Shown piece after piece: positions 40,654-50,480 of a stretch of DNA of 64,000 nt. The first letter of the stretch is position 1. Every line of letters begins with the position of its first letter. Source of the stretch: Verrucomicrobiota bacterium (GTDB lineage: Bacteria; Verrucomicrobiota; Verrucomicrobiia; Limisphaerales; AAA164-E04); contig CP170459.1 of the NCBI GenBank assembly GCA_047947115.1, positions 4,384,001-4,448,000 of the forward strand. Reading direction: 5' to 3'. Under the pieces are notes generated by a model, which worked only from the letters and a program-made list of their open reading frames with translations, searched no databases and had not been told where the DNA came from. Both the position numbers and the translations under genes were made by a program.

Positions 40654-41324
40654 GCCATTTCAAGGATGTTGCATTCCAATCCCCCGCCAATTCCTCCCTG
40701 ATTCTTTTCAATAATATTGTTCTCGATACGGATCCGTTCTCCGGTCAATTGAATGCCACCGCCATCAAGCATTCCTCGTTCCGTCTCAGGGTGACCGTTT
40801 CCTTCAATCCAGTTCTCCCGAATCACCAAATCTGTCAGCGGAGGCCAGTCTTCCATGGATATGCCATGCAACCCTCCACTCAGTCGAAATCGCTCAATCA
40901 CTGTTCCCGAAGTCGATTCCCCTTCCAAAAAAAGGACAGGCGCAGCGGGATCCCAGGTAATGTGTGTCCAGAGACCGGTCTCATTGGTGGCATCAAACAC
41001 ACCTCCGGGACCAGTTGGATCATAATCCCGTTCCGAACCCCCACTCCAAGCTCCTGAGAGATGCAATGATTTGTTGGAGACAACCAGGTTTTCCTTGTAT
41101 TCACCAACCGCAATCCGGATTTCATCCCCGTCTTGTGCCATATCGATGGCTGATTGGATGGATGGAAAAGGTTCAAGAGCTGTCCCTGTATAGGGAGGGG
41201 TTGCATGATGCATGTCGACATGAAGAACGGCAGCATGAAAGAGTAAGGATTGCCCGCTAAAAATGCCCATCAGCATGAATCTGACACAAGCAGCCGACAA
41301 AAGCCGTTCTCTAAATGTGTTCAT
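40650..41324 (-). pseudogene. N-terminal fragment of a right-handed beta-helix (DUF1565-like) exported protein
   Basis: Signal peptide; 'GT...PF.SIQ.AID.A..GD.I.IA.G.Y.EN'. Stops after only a few 'I.NN.I..N...GGG' coils. Confidence 0.6.
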
Positions 41325-41359
41325 AGCGTTGAATGACGCAGCATAAAACAGACCGTTTC

Positions 41360-41486
41360 CGGTTATAACGTTTGCCAAAAGTAATTTCAGAAAAAACTCT
41401 GCATCACTGCGTCCCTAGCCAGCGGGCGTGAGAACAAGGAACATCAGCGAGCCCTTATTCCCAAATACTTTTGGCAATCAGTATAA
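41360..41486. mobile_element. MITE-like miniature element, copy 2
   Basis: Same ends and colinear interior as 32746-32873. Confidence 0.7.
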
Positions 41487-41643
41487 TTCGCACATACAAG
41501 CACCTTCCATTTGAATTGGAAGGAACACCTTCATGCCACATCGAAACTCTGAACTACCGCAGACGCGCCAGAAACAGGCTACGTCTCCACAAGATCGGAC
41601 GCCAAGCCACAGCCTCGATCCATTCCGCCGCGATCCGAACAGA

Positions 41644-42984
41644 TCAAGACAAGCAGAGTGGGCCGTCCACAGAATACTTTTCAGTGCCAAATGATCTCAA
41701 TTGATCATGTCCCAATCCATGAGCCAGAGCCAGCCAGAGCCTGTTATGGGGTTGTCCATCGAAATCCAGGGCACGACCGTTTTTGAAACCCGCGCCACCA
41801 CCGAGCAGCAGGAACGGAATATTGGACAGTGTGTGGGAGTTGCCTTTACCCAATTCGTTGAGCCATACGATCTGGGTGTTGTCCAGCATGGAACCTCCCC
41901 GTCCACCGGGTTCCGGAGTTTCAGCCAGTCGGGCAGCCAGGTAACCAAGTTCACCGGCAAACCAGTGATTGATACGCCGTAATTTGTCCTGTGCATCTTC
42001 GTTGCCGTCCGGTTCATGCGAAAGGGAATGATGCCCCTCCTGAATGTCCAGCCATCGCATACGTGCCTGCCCTACTGAACGCATGAATTGCAGCGAGGCA
42101 ACACGTGCCATGTCGTTGGCGAGGGCGTTGACCAACAAATCAATCTGCATGCGGCTGATCTCCGGAGTGTTGTCATTGACCAATTCAATGTCGGGATCGA
42201 TATCCGGCTCCGGATGCGTCATCTGGCTTTGTGCCTCGGCGGCGGCGATGTCCTTTTCAAGCCGACTGACGAGTTCCATGTGTTCTTCCAGCATGCCCTT
42301 GTCTTCAGAGCTCAACCGACCCGTGATGCGCTTGATGTCGGCACGCACGTGATCCAGGATGCTGGACATGTGTTTGCGATCCTGAGCACCTCCATAAAGC
42401 TTTTGGAACATCTGCCCCGGATCATCAATCGGAGCCACCGGTTTGTCGCTCCCCGCGTAACACATCCGTGTCCAGGGATCCGCACGGTTGGGAACCGCCA
42501 CGCCAAATTCCAAAGAACCGAATCGGGTACGGGTTTCTTCTCTGGACTGAAAGTGGTTCTTGATCTCCTGATCGATTGAAATGCCACTGGCCCATCCGGC
42601 TGGCGTATCACTCCCACCTTGAATATTCCCCGGCAGCAGTTCGGTCGCGGTGAGCAGGCAGGACATCCCGCGCATGTGATTGTCCCCATCTCCACGAATC
42701 TTGTTGTGCACCCCCTTCAACACCAACATTTGATCACGATAAGCGTTCAACGGTGACAGCATGGATTTAAGCTGGAGGGGCTGATCATCACCAAAACTGT
42801 CCGGCCAGAATTCGACGGGCAAGGTTCCGTTGGGTGAGAACATCACAATCAGCCTCTTGGGAGCTGTCTTTGAAACCGCTTTATCGGCCTTCAAACTGTT
42901 CAAGCCGGTTAAAAACGGAAGGGCGGCGGTGCCAAGTCCCAAGTCGCGCAGAAAACGTCGACGATGCTGCAGATTGAATTTCAT
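41644..42984 (-). CDS. DUF1552 family protein (Tat-exported)
   Basis: RRRFLRDLG twin-arginine leader; SPNG, SIDQ.I, HHSLSH, G.SMLDNT, GNSH, P.LLLGG. Confidence 0.9.
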   Translation of the reverse strand: MKFNLQHRRRFLRDLGLGTAALPFLTGLNSLKADKAVSKTAPKRLIVMFSPNGTLPVEFWPDSFGDDQPLQLKSMLSPLNAYRDQMLVLKGVHNKIRGDGDNHMRGMSCLLTATELLPGNIQGGSDTPAGWASGISIDQEIKNHFQSREETRTRFGSLEFGVAVPNRADPWTRMCYAGSDKPVAPIDDPGQMFQKLYGGAQDRKHMSSILDHVRADIKRITGRLSSEDKGMLEEHMELVSRLEKDIAAAEAQSQMTHPEPDIDPDIELVNDNTPEISRMQIDLLVNALANDMARVASLQFMRSVGQARMRWLDIQEGHHSLSHEPDGNEDAQDKLRRINHWFAGELGYLAARLAETPEPGGRGGSMLDNTQIVWLNELGKGNSHTLSNIPFLLLGGGAGFKNGRALDFDGQPHNRLWLALAHGLGHDQLRSFGTEKYSVDGPLCLS

Positions 42985-42988
42985 ATCG

Positions 42989-45436
42989 TTACTGTTTTGT
43001 TGTGGATTCGCTTTGATGATCCAATGTCACCGCAAGGACCGACATATGGGTGATCAATGACTGAATGTTAAAACCTTCCCGTTCAAATTGCAACCGTAAG
43101 CGCTGAAGGGCTCCGGGCTCAAACGCATCCGGCGATTGCTTGACCAAATGGAAAAACATCTGCGCCACAAACGCCGTGTGTGCCAGTTCATCCTCAACAG
43201 CAAACCGTGCGATATCCCTGGCCCGCTCAACCTGAATACTCTCTCCATCCTCGGTAAGATATTCGCTCAATGTATTAACCGGCTTATCCTTTTCATGTGT
43301 CCGCCAGCGACCGACCGCATCAAAACTTTCCAACGCAAACCCCAGAGGATTAATGATCGAGTGACATGCCATGCAGGCGGTGTCACTGGTCAATTGGGTG
43401 ATTTTTTCCCGCATGGTAATGTCTTCCGGAAAATCGCTATCCTTGAACGCAATGGCCATAGGGGGCGGCTTCAAGGCGCGGCCGACTATATTTCGAGTGA
43501 GGAAGACGCCGCGATGAATGGGGGAAGTGTTGTTGTGATAAGCAAAGGCGCTCAACAAATAAGGGTGCGTCAACACACCAGACCTTTGGTCTTTGGGAAA
43601 GGATACTTTTTCAAACGCCGCCAAATCGGTCGGCAACCCCTGCTCTTCCAGAGCTTCGGCATCCCGCTGATCAGGCAGATAAAACTCCTTCAAAAACGGA
43701 TTGAGCATCATGTAATCCGCCAGGAGCAGTTGACGATAATCCGATGCTGCACTCCAGACCACGTCCTCAATGAAAAGATCCAGCGACCGACGCAGATCCA
43801 CCACCAGGGCCTCATCAAAATCAGGAAACAATTGTTCGTCCTTGCTCAGATCACGTTCCTCGATTTCCAGCCAGTGGTCGAAGAAACCCCGCATTTTGAA
43901 CCGTGTTCTTGGGCTGTTCAACATCCGTCGCGCCTGTTCCAAGATCTGGCGTTCACTTGAAAGCTCCCCCCGGTGAGCTGCGTGCATCAACACTTGGTCC
44001 GGCACCGAATCCCAAAGAGTCAGCGAAAGCCGAGAAGCCAACTGATGTGCGTCAGGCGGGTTCCTACTGGAATCCCAAGGGGTATAGAGGAATTCGGGAG
44101 ACGTCAAAGCCAGCATCACACCCCTTCTGACGGCAATTTCGGGATTCTCAGCCTCGGCAAACAGGATGTTTCGAAAGAGCTGATCTTCTTCCTCGGTCAA
44201 CGGCCGGCGATAAGCCAGGGTGGCCAAGCGCGGAAGAAAGTCCTTCAATTTGTCGCCACGCTGCTCGTCACCCGCCTCAAACCCGGCCAGTAAAGGCAAC
44301 CGTTCCACCACCTCCGATGCCGTCGCAACCGCAGCCTGGGTCACCGATTCATACCAGGCCCAGGAAACCGAACTCCCGCGTTCATACCCCAGACTACGAT
44401 CATCCGCTGGAAAAGAAGTTTCCACCACAAAGGTGCGCGGGGGGCGATGCGTATTCAATGTTTCGCTGTCCATCACCCGCCAGACGCCGTGAGGTTTGCG
44501 CCATTCCAATTTGATGGATCCGGTCTTTTCAAGATACTTGAAATACTCCAACCGAATGGGATAATGCCGCCCGCCCAACAAAAACACCCTGGCTTCCAGA
44601 GATCGCATTTCCCCGGAACTGACCCAGCCATCAATCAAAGACTGCTGCCCCGCCACCGAACTGTCGTCTCTCAATTTGCCCCGCTGTCTGCCGGGATCAT
44701 TATTCACATAAAGCCGCGCACCGTTCTGTGTGGACACACGAAATTCGTAATTCCCTGTGGATTCGGCGAACATGCCGCCTTCCCAGATAATGGCAAATTG
44801 ATCCGGCTCAATCGATGAGTCGGGACTTCCTTCCCCGAAATCAAAATCAATCTCAGGATCAATCCGCTCCAACTTTTGCTCGTTGGCCTTGTTCATGCCT
44901 TTGGATTGAAAATAGGTGGCACTCAATCCCGGTTCTCCGGCATGAAACGCTTCCAGAGCATGATCGTCACCGCGTTCCCCTTTGGCATCCGGGGTCACCA
45001 GCAACAACATGTCGGCGACACTGTTCAGGTATTGGGGAACCGTAAGCCTTGAAAGTTCGACTCGCACACCGTTACCCAACCGAGCCTGGGCTTCCTGCGA
45101 GTAGAATGCATGATAAATATAGGTGGAAACAGCAAGTGCGTCATCGCCAACGCACAAATCAGGGTCTTCTTCTGGCATGGTCCGAACCACGCGCCGGGTA
45201 AGGCTCTCCAACGATCGGGTTCCGACAAGTGTTTCATCACATTTTTCATCCACACCTTCGCCCCGCTCTCCATGACAATCAACACACTGGGCCCTGTAAA
45301 TATCACTGCCCTTGAGAAACACCTCACTGGACTCCCATTCGGATGCATGAGAATTCCCCCAAAAAATTACCCCCAACAAAGTCAGGATGATCCAATAGCT
45401 TTTGGAAAAAGGATTCAAATCAATGGTCTCTTTCAT
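42989..45436 (-). CDS. DUF1592/DUF1588-type cytochrome c protein with an inserted PA14 domain
   Basis: CVDCH; RLT..QY.NSV.D; PA14 (IDFDFGEGSP..F.I.W.G); LASRLSLTLWDSVPD; TSPIHRGVF; CMACH..INPLGFALE.FD.VGRWR. Confidence 0.9.
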   Translation of the reverse strand: MKETIDLNPFSKSYWIILTLLGVIFWGNSHASEWESSEVFLKGSDIYRAQCVDCHGERGEGVDEKCDETLVGTRSLESLTRRVVRTMPEEDPDLCVGDDALAVSTYIYHAFYSQEAQARLGNGVRVELSRLTVPQYLNSVADMLLLVTPDAKGERGDDHALEAFHAGEPGLSATYFQSKGMNKANEQKLERIDPEIDFDFGEGSPDSSIEPDQFAIIWEGGMFAESTGNYEFRVSTQNGARLYVNNDPGRQRGKLRDDSSVAGQQSLIDGWVSSGEMRSLEARVFLLGGRHYPIRLEYFKYLEKTGSIKLEWRKPHGVWRVMDSETLNTHRPPRTFVVETSFPADDRSLGYERGSSVSWAWYESVTQAAVATASEVVERLPLLAGFEAGDEQRGDKLKDFLPRLATLAYRRPLTEEEDQLFRNILFAEAENPEIAVRRGVMLALTSPEFLYTPWDSSRNPPDAHQLASRLSLTLWDSVPDQVLMHAAHRGELSSERQILEQARRMLNSPRTRFKMRGFFDHWLEIEERDLSKDEQLFPDFDEALVVDLRRSLDLFIEDVVWSAASDYRQLLLADYMMLNPFLKEFYLPDQRDAEALEEQGLPTDLAAFEKVSFPKDQRSGVLTHPYLLSAFAYHNNTSPIHRGVFLTRNIVGRALKPPPMAIAFKDSDFPEDITMREKITQLTSDTACMACHSIINPLGFALESFDAVGRWRTHEKDKPVNTLSEYLTEDGESIQVERARDIARFAVEDELAHTAFVAQMFFHLVKQSPDAFEPGALQRLRLQFEREGFNIQSLITHMSVLAVTLDHQSESTTKQ

Positions 45437-45862
45437 GTCTGTTTCTGAATACCTGAAACTAGCATGGCGGATAAACAGGTGCAATCCCAACCATACCTCA
45501 CCCATCCGTTTGAAACTCCTCAGTTCACAGGCGATTGATTCGCCGCATCAGACGTGATTTATTCAATCATTAACATTCCTAAGAACTCATATCCTCATTT
45601 ACAGAGTATGACGTTGTCGTTACCGACAGCCAGGCACTTGTTTTTTTAATAACAACATTGGGGTTGGGGGTTGAATTTTTTATCCCCAACAAAACAACAG
45701 GGATAACAAGCAGGGCAGTCACGCAACGGTGTGAGCTATTCACCACAGCTACGCAACCAAGACATCGTTCGTGACTGCCCGATTTTCCTTTGGAAACAAT
45801 TTCCTTCCAGAGTGTTTGGCATGCGCCGCTTCATCTGGTAAATTGGGACCATCCTATTCAAC

Positions 45863-47662
45863 ATGAAAACCGCACACCCGATCTCTTTAGTCCTGCTGAT
45901 GGTTTTATTTTCAAGCCCAATCGTGCAGCCGGACACATCGCACGCCACCGATCGCCCCCCGAACATTGTCGTGATCTTGTCGGACGATCAGGGCTGGGGC
46001 GATTTGAGTTTAAACGGCAACCCAAACCTCTCCACTCCCCACATTGATTCCCTGGCCCGTGATGGCGTGAAATTTGACCGGTTCTACGTGTGCCCTGTAT
46101 GTTCACCCACGCGTGCCGAGTTTCTGACCGGGAGATACCACCCCAGAAGCGGCGTTTACAGCACTTCCGCGGGGGGAGAACGCCTGAACGCAGACGAAAC
46201 CACCATCGCGCAAGTGTTTAAAAAAGCAGGTTACGCGACCGGAGCATTCGGCAAATGGCACAACGGCATGCAGGCTCCCTACCACCCGAACGCAAGGGGG
46301 TTTGATGAGTTTTATGGCTTCTGTTCAGGTCACTGGGGGAACTACTTCAGTCCCCCATTGGAGCACAATGGCGTTGCCGTGCAGGGCAAAGGATTCATCA
46401 TCGACGATTTGACCGATCAAGCCTTGAAGTTCATCGAAACCAAGCAAAACGCCCCCTTCTTCTGTTACCTCCCCCTGAACACGCCCCACTCTCCCATGCA
46501 GGTTCCGGACGCTTATTGGGAACGTTTTAAAGACAAAGAACTGGTTTTTCGTCACCGGGATTTTGACCAGGAAAATGTGCCACACACACGGGCTGCGCTG
46601 GCGATGTGCGAAAACATTGACTGGAACGTGGGACGCATCCTGGATCAGCTCGACCGCTTGAACCTCGCCGAAAACACCATCGTGTTGTACTTCAGCGACA
46701 ACGGCCCCAACGGCAGCCGGTGGAATGGAGATATGAAAGGCAGAAAAGGCTCCACCGATGAAGGCGGCGTGCGGAGCCCGCTCGTCATGAGATGGCCAAA
46801 AGGTATCCAACCGGGAAGCATCGTGGAAAACATCGGCGCCGCCATCGACCTTCTCCCAACCCTGGCGGACATGACCGGCATCGAGGTGAATGCCGTAAAG
46901 TCCTTGGACGGAATCAGTCTCAAACCACTCCTCATGGGAGGAGACTATAAAGGAAAGGATCGCCTTATTTTCTCCCATTGGAACGGTCGGGTGAGTGTCC
47001 GTCATCAACGCTTTCGACTGGATCATCAGGGAGCGCTTTTTGACATTGCAGCAGACCAAGGCCAACGCACCAACGTTGCCGAACTATATCCGGACATGAC
47101 CCACCAATTGCGTTCGGAGGTGGAACAATGGAAAGCAGATTTGTTGAAAGGATCCCCGGACAAACATCGGCCGTTCACGGTGGGGCATCCGGAATTTGAA
47201 CGCACTTGGCTCCCGGCTCGCGATGCCACGTCCACAGGGTCCATCGAACGCTCCAATCGTTTTCCCAATGACTCCTACTTCACCGCGTGGACCTCAACTG
47301 AGGACTACTTGCAATGGAACATCGAGGTCCTCAAATCAGGCGACTACCAGGCAATCATCTGGCAAACCTGCGCTGAAAAAGACTCATCCCCTCTCCTGGA
47401 ACTGAATTTCAACAACCATCACTTGAGAGCCAGAATCAGCGAAACCTGGGACCCGCCGGTCATGGGAGCCGAAAACGACCGCATCAAACGCCAGGAATCC
47501 TACGTCAAAGATTTCCGCCCGTTCACCCTGGGGCAGATCCACCTCCCAAAAGCCAAAGGCACTCTCCAACTCAAAGCCCTGGACATCCCCGGCGAAAAAG
47601 CCCCTGAAATCCGCCTGCTGGAGTTGATAAGAACTAAAAGTAAAACAAGCAACGGAGACTAA
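45863..47662 (+). CDS. Arylsulfatase (S1 family) with a C-terminal beta-sandwich
   Basis: PNIVVILSDDQG, VCSPTRAEFLTG, GKWH, SDNGP, EGGVR. Confidence 0.93.
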   Translation: MKTAHPISLVLLMVLFSSPIVQPDTSHATDRPPNIVVILSDDQGWGDLSLNGNPNLSTPHIDSLARDGVKFDRFYVCPVCSPTRAEFLTGRYHPRSGVYSTSAGGERLNADETTIAQVFKKAGYATGAFGKWHNGMQAPYHPNARGFDEFYGFCSGHWGNYFSPPLEHNGVAVQGKGFIIDDLTDQALKFIETKQNAPFFCYLPLNTPHSPMQVPDAYWERFKDKELVFRHRDFDQENVPHTRAALAMCENIDWNVGRILDQLDRLNLAENTIVLYFSDNGPNGSRWNGDMKGRKGSTDEGGVRSPLVMRWPKGIQPGSIVENIGAAIDLLPTLADMTGIEVNAVKSLDGISLKPLLMGGDYKGKDRLIFSHWNGRVSVRHQRFRLDHQGALFDIAADQGQRTNVAELYPDMTHQLRSEVEQWKADLLKGSPDKHRPFTVGHPEFERTWLPARDATSTGSIERSNRFPNDSYFTAWTSTEDYLQWNIEVLKSGDYQAIIWQTCAEKDSSPLLELNFNNHHLRARISETWDPPVMGAENDRIKRQESYVKDFRPFTLGQIHLPKAKGTLQLKALDIPGEKAPEIRLLELIRTKSKTSNGD

Positions 47663-47765
47663 TCCATCCTTTGAATCCCTTTCAGCCTGTCAAAAAAGAA
47701 ATCCACTAATCGACTGCTCGCGGATTTGTCTTCCACGCACATGAAGCATTCGCCATAGTATCGCC

Positions 47766-49337
47766 ATGTCGCAAGTTATTGCCATCGTCGGACGCCCCAA
47801 TGTGGGCAAGTCCGCCCTATTCAACCGTATTGTCCGCAAGCGCATCGCCATCGTCCATGATGAACCAGGCGTGACACGCGACCGCGTACTTGTGGAGGCG
47901 GAGTGGCGCGGCAGACCTTTCACATTGGTCGACACGGGCGGCATTGGTCTCCGCCAGGGTGAAAAATGCAGCGATGTGATCACAGGTGCGGCCATGGACC
48001 AAGTGCAACTGGCGTTGGATGCCGCTTCCGTGATCCTGTTTGTCGTGAATGTGCAGGAAGGTCTCCTGCCTCTGGACCATGAAGTTGCCCAGCGCCTCCA
48101 CGCCTCGGGCAAAAAAATTCTGTTGATCGCTAACAAAGCCGATCACTCAGGCTTCGACGAAGATGCCGAGTCGCTCTCTGAGTTGGGATTTCAAGAAATT
48201 TTCCCCGTATCTGCCATCCATGGTCGAGGAGTCGAAAACATGATGAAAGCGGCCCTTCAACATCTCCCAACAGGAGACATGACTGAAGGCGTAGAATCAG
48301 ATGATTTCTCACAGGAAAGTGAGCAGGAACCGCTCAAGCTAGCCATCGTCGGCCGGCCCAATGTCGGCAAATCCAGTATCATCAATTCATTTGCCAATTC
48401 GGAACGGGTCATCGTCAGCCCCATCTCCGGAACCACGCGAGATTCGGTGGATGTCCCCATCGAGATTGAAGCCGAGGGCACCAGGCATGCCTATGTGCTG
48501 ATTGACACAGCGGGAATTCGAAAAAGGCGCCGAGTCGATGACTCGGTGGAATTTTTCAGCGTCAAACGCGCCGAAGACTCCATTGAACGTTGTGACATCG
48601 CCATTCACGTCATGGATGCCCAATGCGGAGTGACCATGCAGGACAAAAAAATTGCCGGCAAGATCCTGGAAGCTCAAAAAGCATGCATTCTGGTCGTCAA
48701 CAAATGGGATCTATACGAACAATCCGTGGCCAAAGCTCGTGATGAGATCTCTGCATCCGAAAATAAAAAACGATCCAAATCCCAATGGCTGACCTCCCTG
48801 GGAGATTTTGGCGAATGGGTGCAACAACAACTCTTTTTCATGGACTATGCACCGGTGATTTTCACAAGCGCCGAGTCAGGGTTCCATCTGGACCGCCTAC
48901 TGGAAGCCATCCGGTTTGTCGCCGACCAATTAAAACAAAAAGTGCCGACGTCATTGGTGAACCGAACACTTCACGACGCCGTCACCGATCGCCAGCCGGT
49001 GTCCAAACAAGGGACACGCCTGAAATTCTATTACGCAACACAGGTAAAACTGGCTCCCCCAACGTTTCGATTATTTCTTAATCGAAAGGACATTTTCGAC
49101 GAACGTTACACAAAATATCTGGCAGGCAAAATGCGCCAGGCCTTCGGTTACGAAGGTTGCCCGATCATCTTTGAACCTCGTGCCCGCCCAAAGAAAGTGG
49201 AATCCATCCGCACCCGAAAAAAACGAGTTGAAAAGAAGAAAGAGGAAAAGAAACCCACCAGGGCAAAGGATCCCCGTAAAAGAAAACAGTCCAAACGCCC
49301 CCTCCAAGTCAAAAAGAAGACCGCAGGATCAACTTAG
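47766..49337 (+). CDS. der: Ribosome biogenesis GTPase Der (EngA)
   Basis: Two G domains (GRPNVGKS x2, DTGG/DTAG, NKAD/NKWD) and a KH-like C-terminus. Confidence 0.97.
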   Translation: MSQVIAIVGRPNVGKSALFNRIVRKRIAIVHDEPGVTRDRVLVEAEWRGRPFTLVDTGGIGLRQGEKCSDVITGAAMDQVQLALDAASVILFVVNVQEGLLPLDHEVAQRLHASGKKILLIANKADHSGFDEDAESLSELGFQEIFPVSAIHGRGVENMMKAALQHLPTGDMTEGVESDDFSQESEQEPLKLAIVGRPNVGKSSIINSFANSERVIVSPISGTTRDSVDVPIEIEAEGTRHAYVLIDTAGIRKRRRVDDSVEFFSVKRAEDSIERCDIAIHVMDAQCGVTMQDKKIAGKILEAQKACILVVNKWDLYEQSVAKARDEISASENKKRSKSQWLTSLGDFGEWVQQQLFFMDYAPVIFTSAESGFHLDRLLEAIRFVADQLKQKVPTSLVNRTLHDAVTDRQPVSKQGTRLKFYYATQVKLAPPTFRLFLNRKDIFDERYTKYLAGKMRQAFGYEGCPIIFEPRARPKKVESIRTRKKRVEKKKEEKKPTRAKDPRKRKQSKRPLQVKKKTAGST

Positions 49338-49537
49338 AATTTAAAACGGGAAACCTGCAGCCTTCCCTTGGTTAGAGCGTGGCGTCTCGGCGCGCTGACC
49401 TTGTGGCGTCCATCAACAATGTTGCCTGCCTTTTTGGGAAGCCCTCGGCTCTCAAACACCCCAGACCCGCATCACTGACGCTCGCATGCGGATCGTGACG
49501 ATCAGACTCCCCTACGCCCCACTCTTCTCCACGACGA

Positions 49538-50434
49538 TCATTGCGTCACCCATTCGCGTAACGTTGATGGATTTCCATGGATCCAAGCCACTTCTTCAGC
49601 ATTTAAAGCGCGCTGGAAACAACTGACTTCATCCAGCAACCCGATGTAATTGAGACCAAGATACAGTCGAACGGATTCATCTTCCTTCCAGGTAAATCTC
49701 TGATTCCAATTCTCAATAGCCCCCTTGAATTCCCCATTCATAAACAGCTTGGCCACTCCGTTCTTCTCCCCGGTATTGAAGTTCTCCCAGGTGAACAGCA
49801 CATGCGTCCATAGATCCCGACCAAACGGCGGGGCATGAACCGGGAAAAGAGGTCGCTGATCTTCGGATACTTCCTGGTTCTCCGGATTCCATACTTTCAA
49901 ATCAGCAAAAGCGCCGAGGCGAAAATCTCTGGGATCTCCATCTTTATTAAAATCCACGAAGAAAGCGCCATCATTCCAAGCGCGAGTCGTGAGTTGCAAT
50001 GGATCAGCAAATCCAGGCGCCAAATCAGTCTCCGGATCCAGCTTCAGCCAAAGCGAAACCGAACCTTCCCAGCGATCCTGACGATAATCCACATTTTTCT
50101 CCCCGCGATAGAAAATCCAAGGGGCATTGCGTTCATTGAATTTTAATGCAGCACCACCCTCCATACCTTCATTTCTGACCCATTCGGTCTGTCCCTGGGC
50201 ATGCAGTCCGCGTCGTATGGCTTCCTTGGGGTTTTTGGCGGTGATGGTATGAAGACTGGGATTCCCTTTCGCAAAATCCGCCTCGATGCCCTTGTCGAAG
50301 GATGCATGGAAGGTCAACGCTGCTTGTATGGACTTCCCGATTGACTGGGCCTTGCCGGAAATGGGCATCGTCATCATGAAAGACAATATCCCAAACAAGA
50401 TAGAACGTGAGTAGAGCTTCGCTTGGCTTTTCAT
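49538..50434 (-). CDS. Exported LamG-like jelly-roll protein
   Basis: Signal peptide; LTFHASFD, GSVSLWL, WTHV.FTW, LFMNG, GLLDEV..F.RAL..EEV. Confidence 0.8.
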   Translation of the reverse strand: MKSQAKLYSRSILFGILSFMMTMPISGKAQSIGKSIQAALTFHASFDKGIEADFAKGNPSLHTITAKNPKEAIRRGLHAQGQTEWVRNEGMEGGAALKFNERNAPWIFYRGEKNVDYRQDRWEGSVSLWLKLDPETDLAPGFADPLQLTTRAWNDGAFFVDFNKDGDPRDFRLGAFADLKVWNPENQEVSEDQRPLFPVHAPPFGRDLWTHVLFTWENFNTGEKNGVAKLFMNGEFKGAIENWNQRFTWKEDESVRLYLGLNYIGLLDEVSCFQRALNAEEVAWIHGNPSTLREWVTQ

Positions 50435-50480
50435 GGAGGATGTTTTAGCCTCCCGGATGTCGATTGAAAACTCAAATCGC

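Noticed and set aside
41325..41378. ORF-track start of the beta-helix gene (MANVITG)
   Set aside because: The TTG start lies inside the MITE terminal repeat; ATG 41324 gives a sensible signal peptide. Similar over-extended starts were trimmed for several other genes.
45506..45862. Riboswitch or small gene in the DUF1592/sulfatase divergent gap
   Set aside because: AT-rich promoter-like DNA with one short inverted repeat (gttgggg/ccccaac); nothing diagnostic.
49338..49537. Possible ncRNA between der and the LamG gene
   Set aside because: Only short imperfect hairpins, one REP-like; no recognisable RNA family motif.
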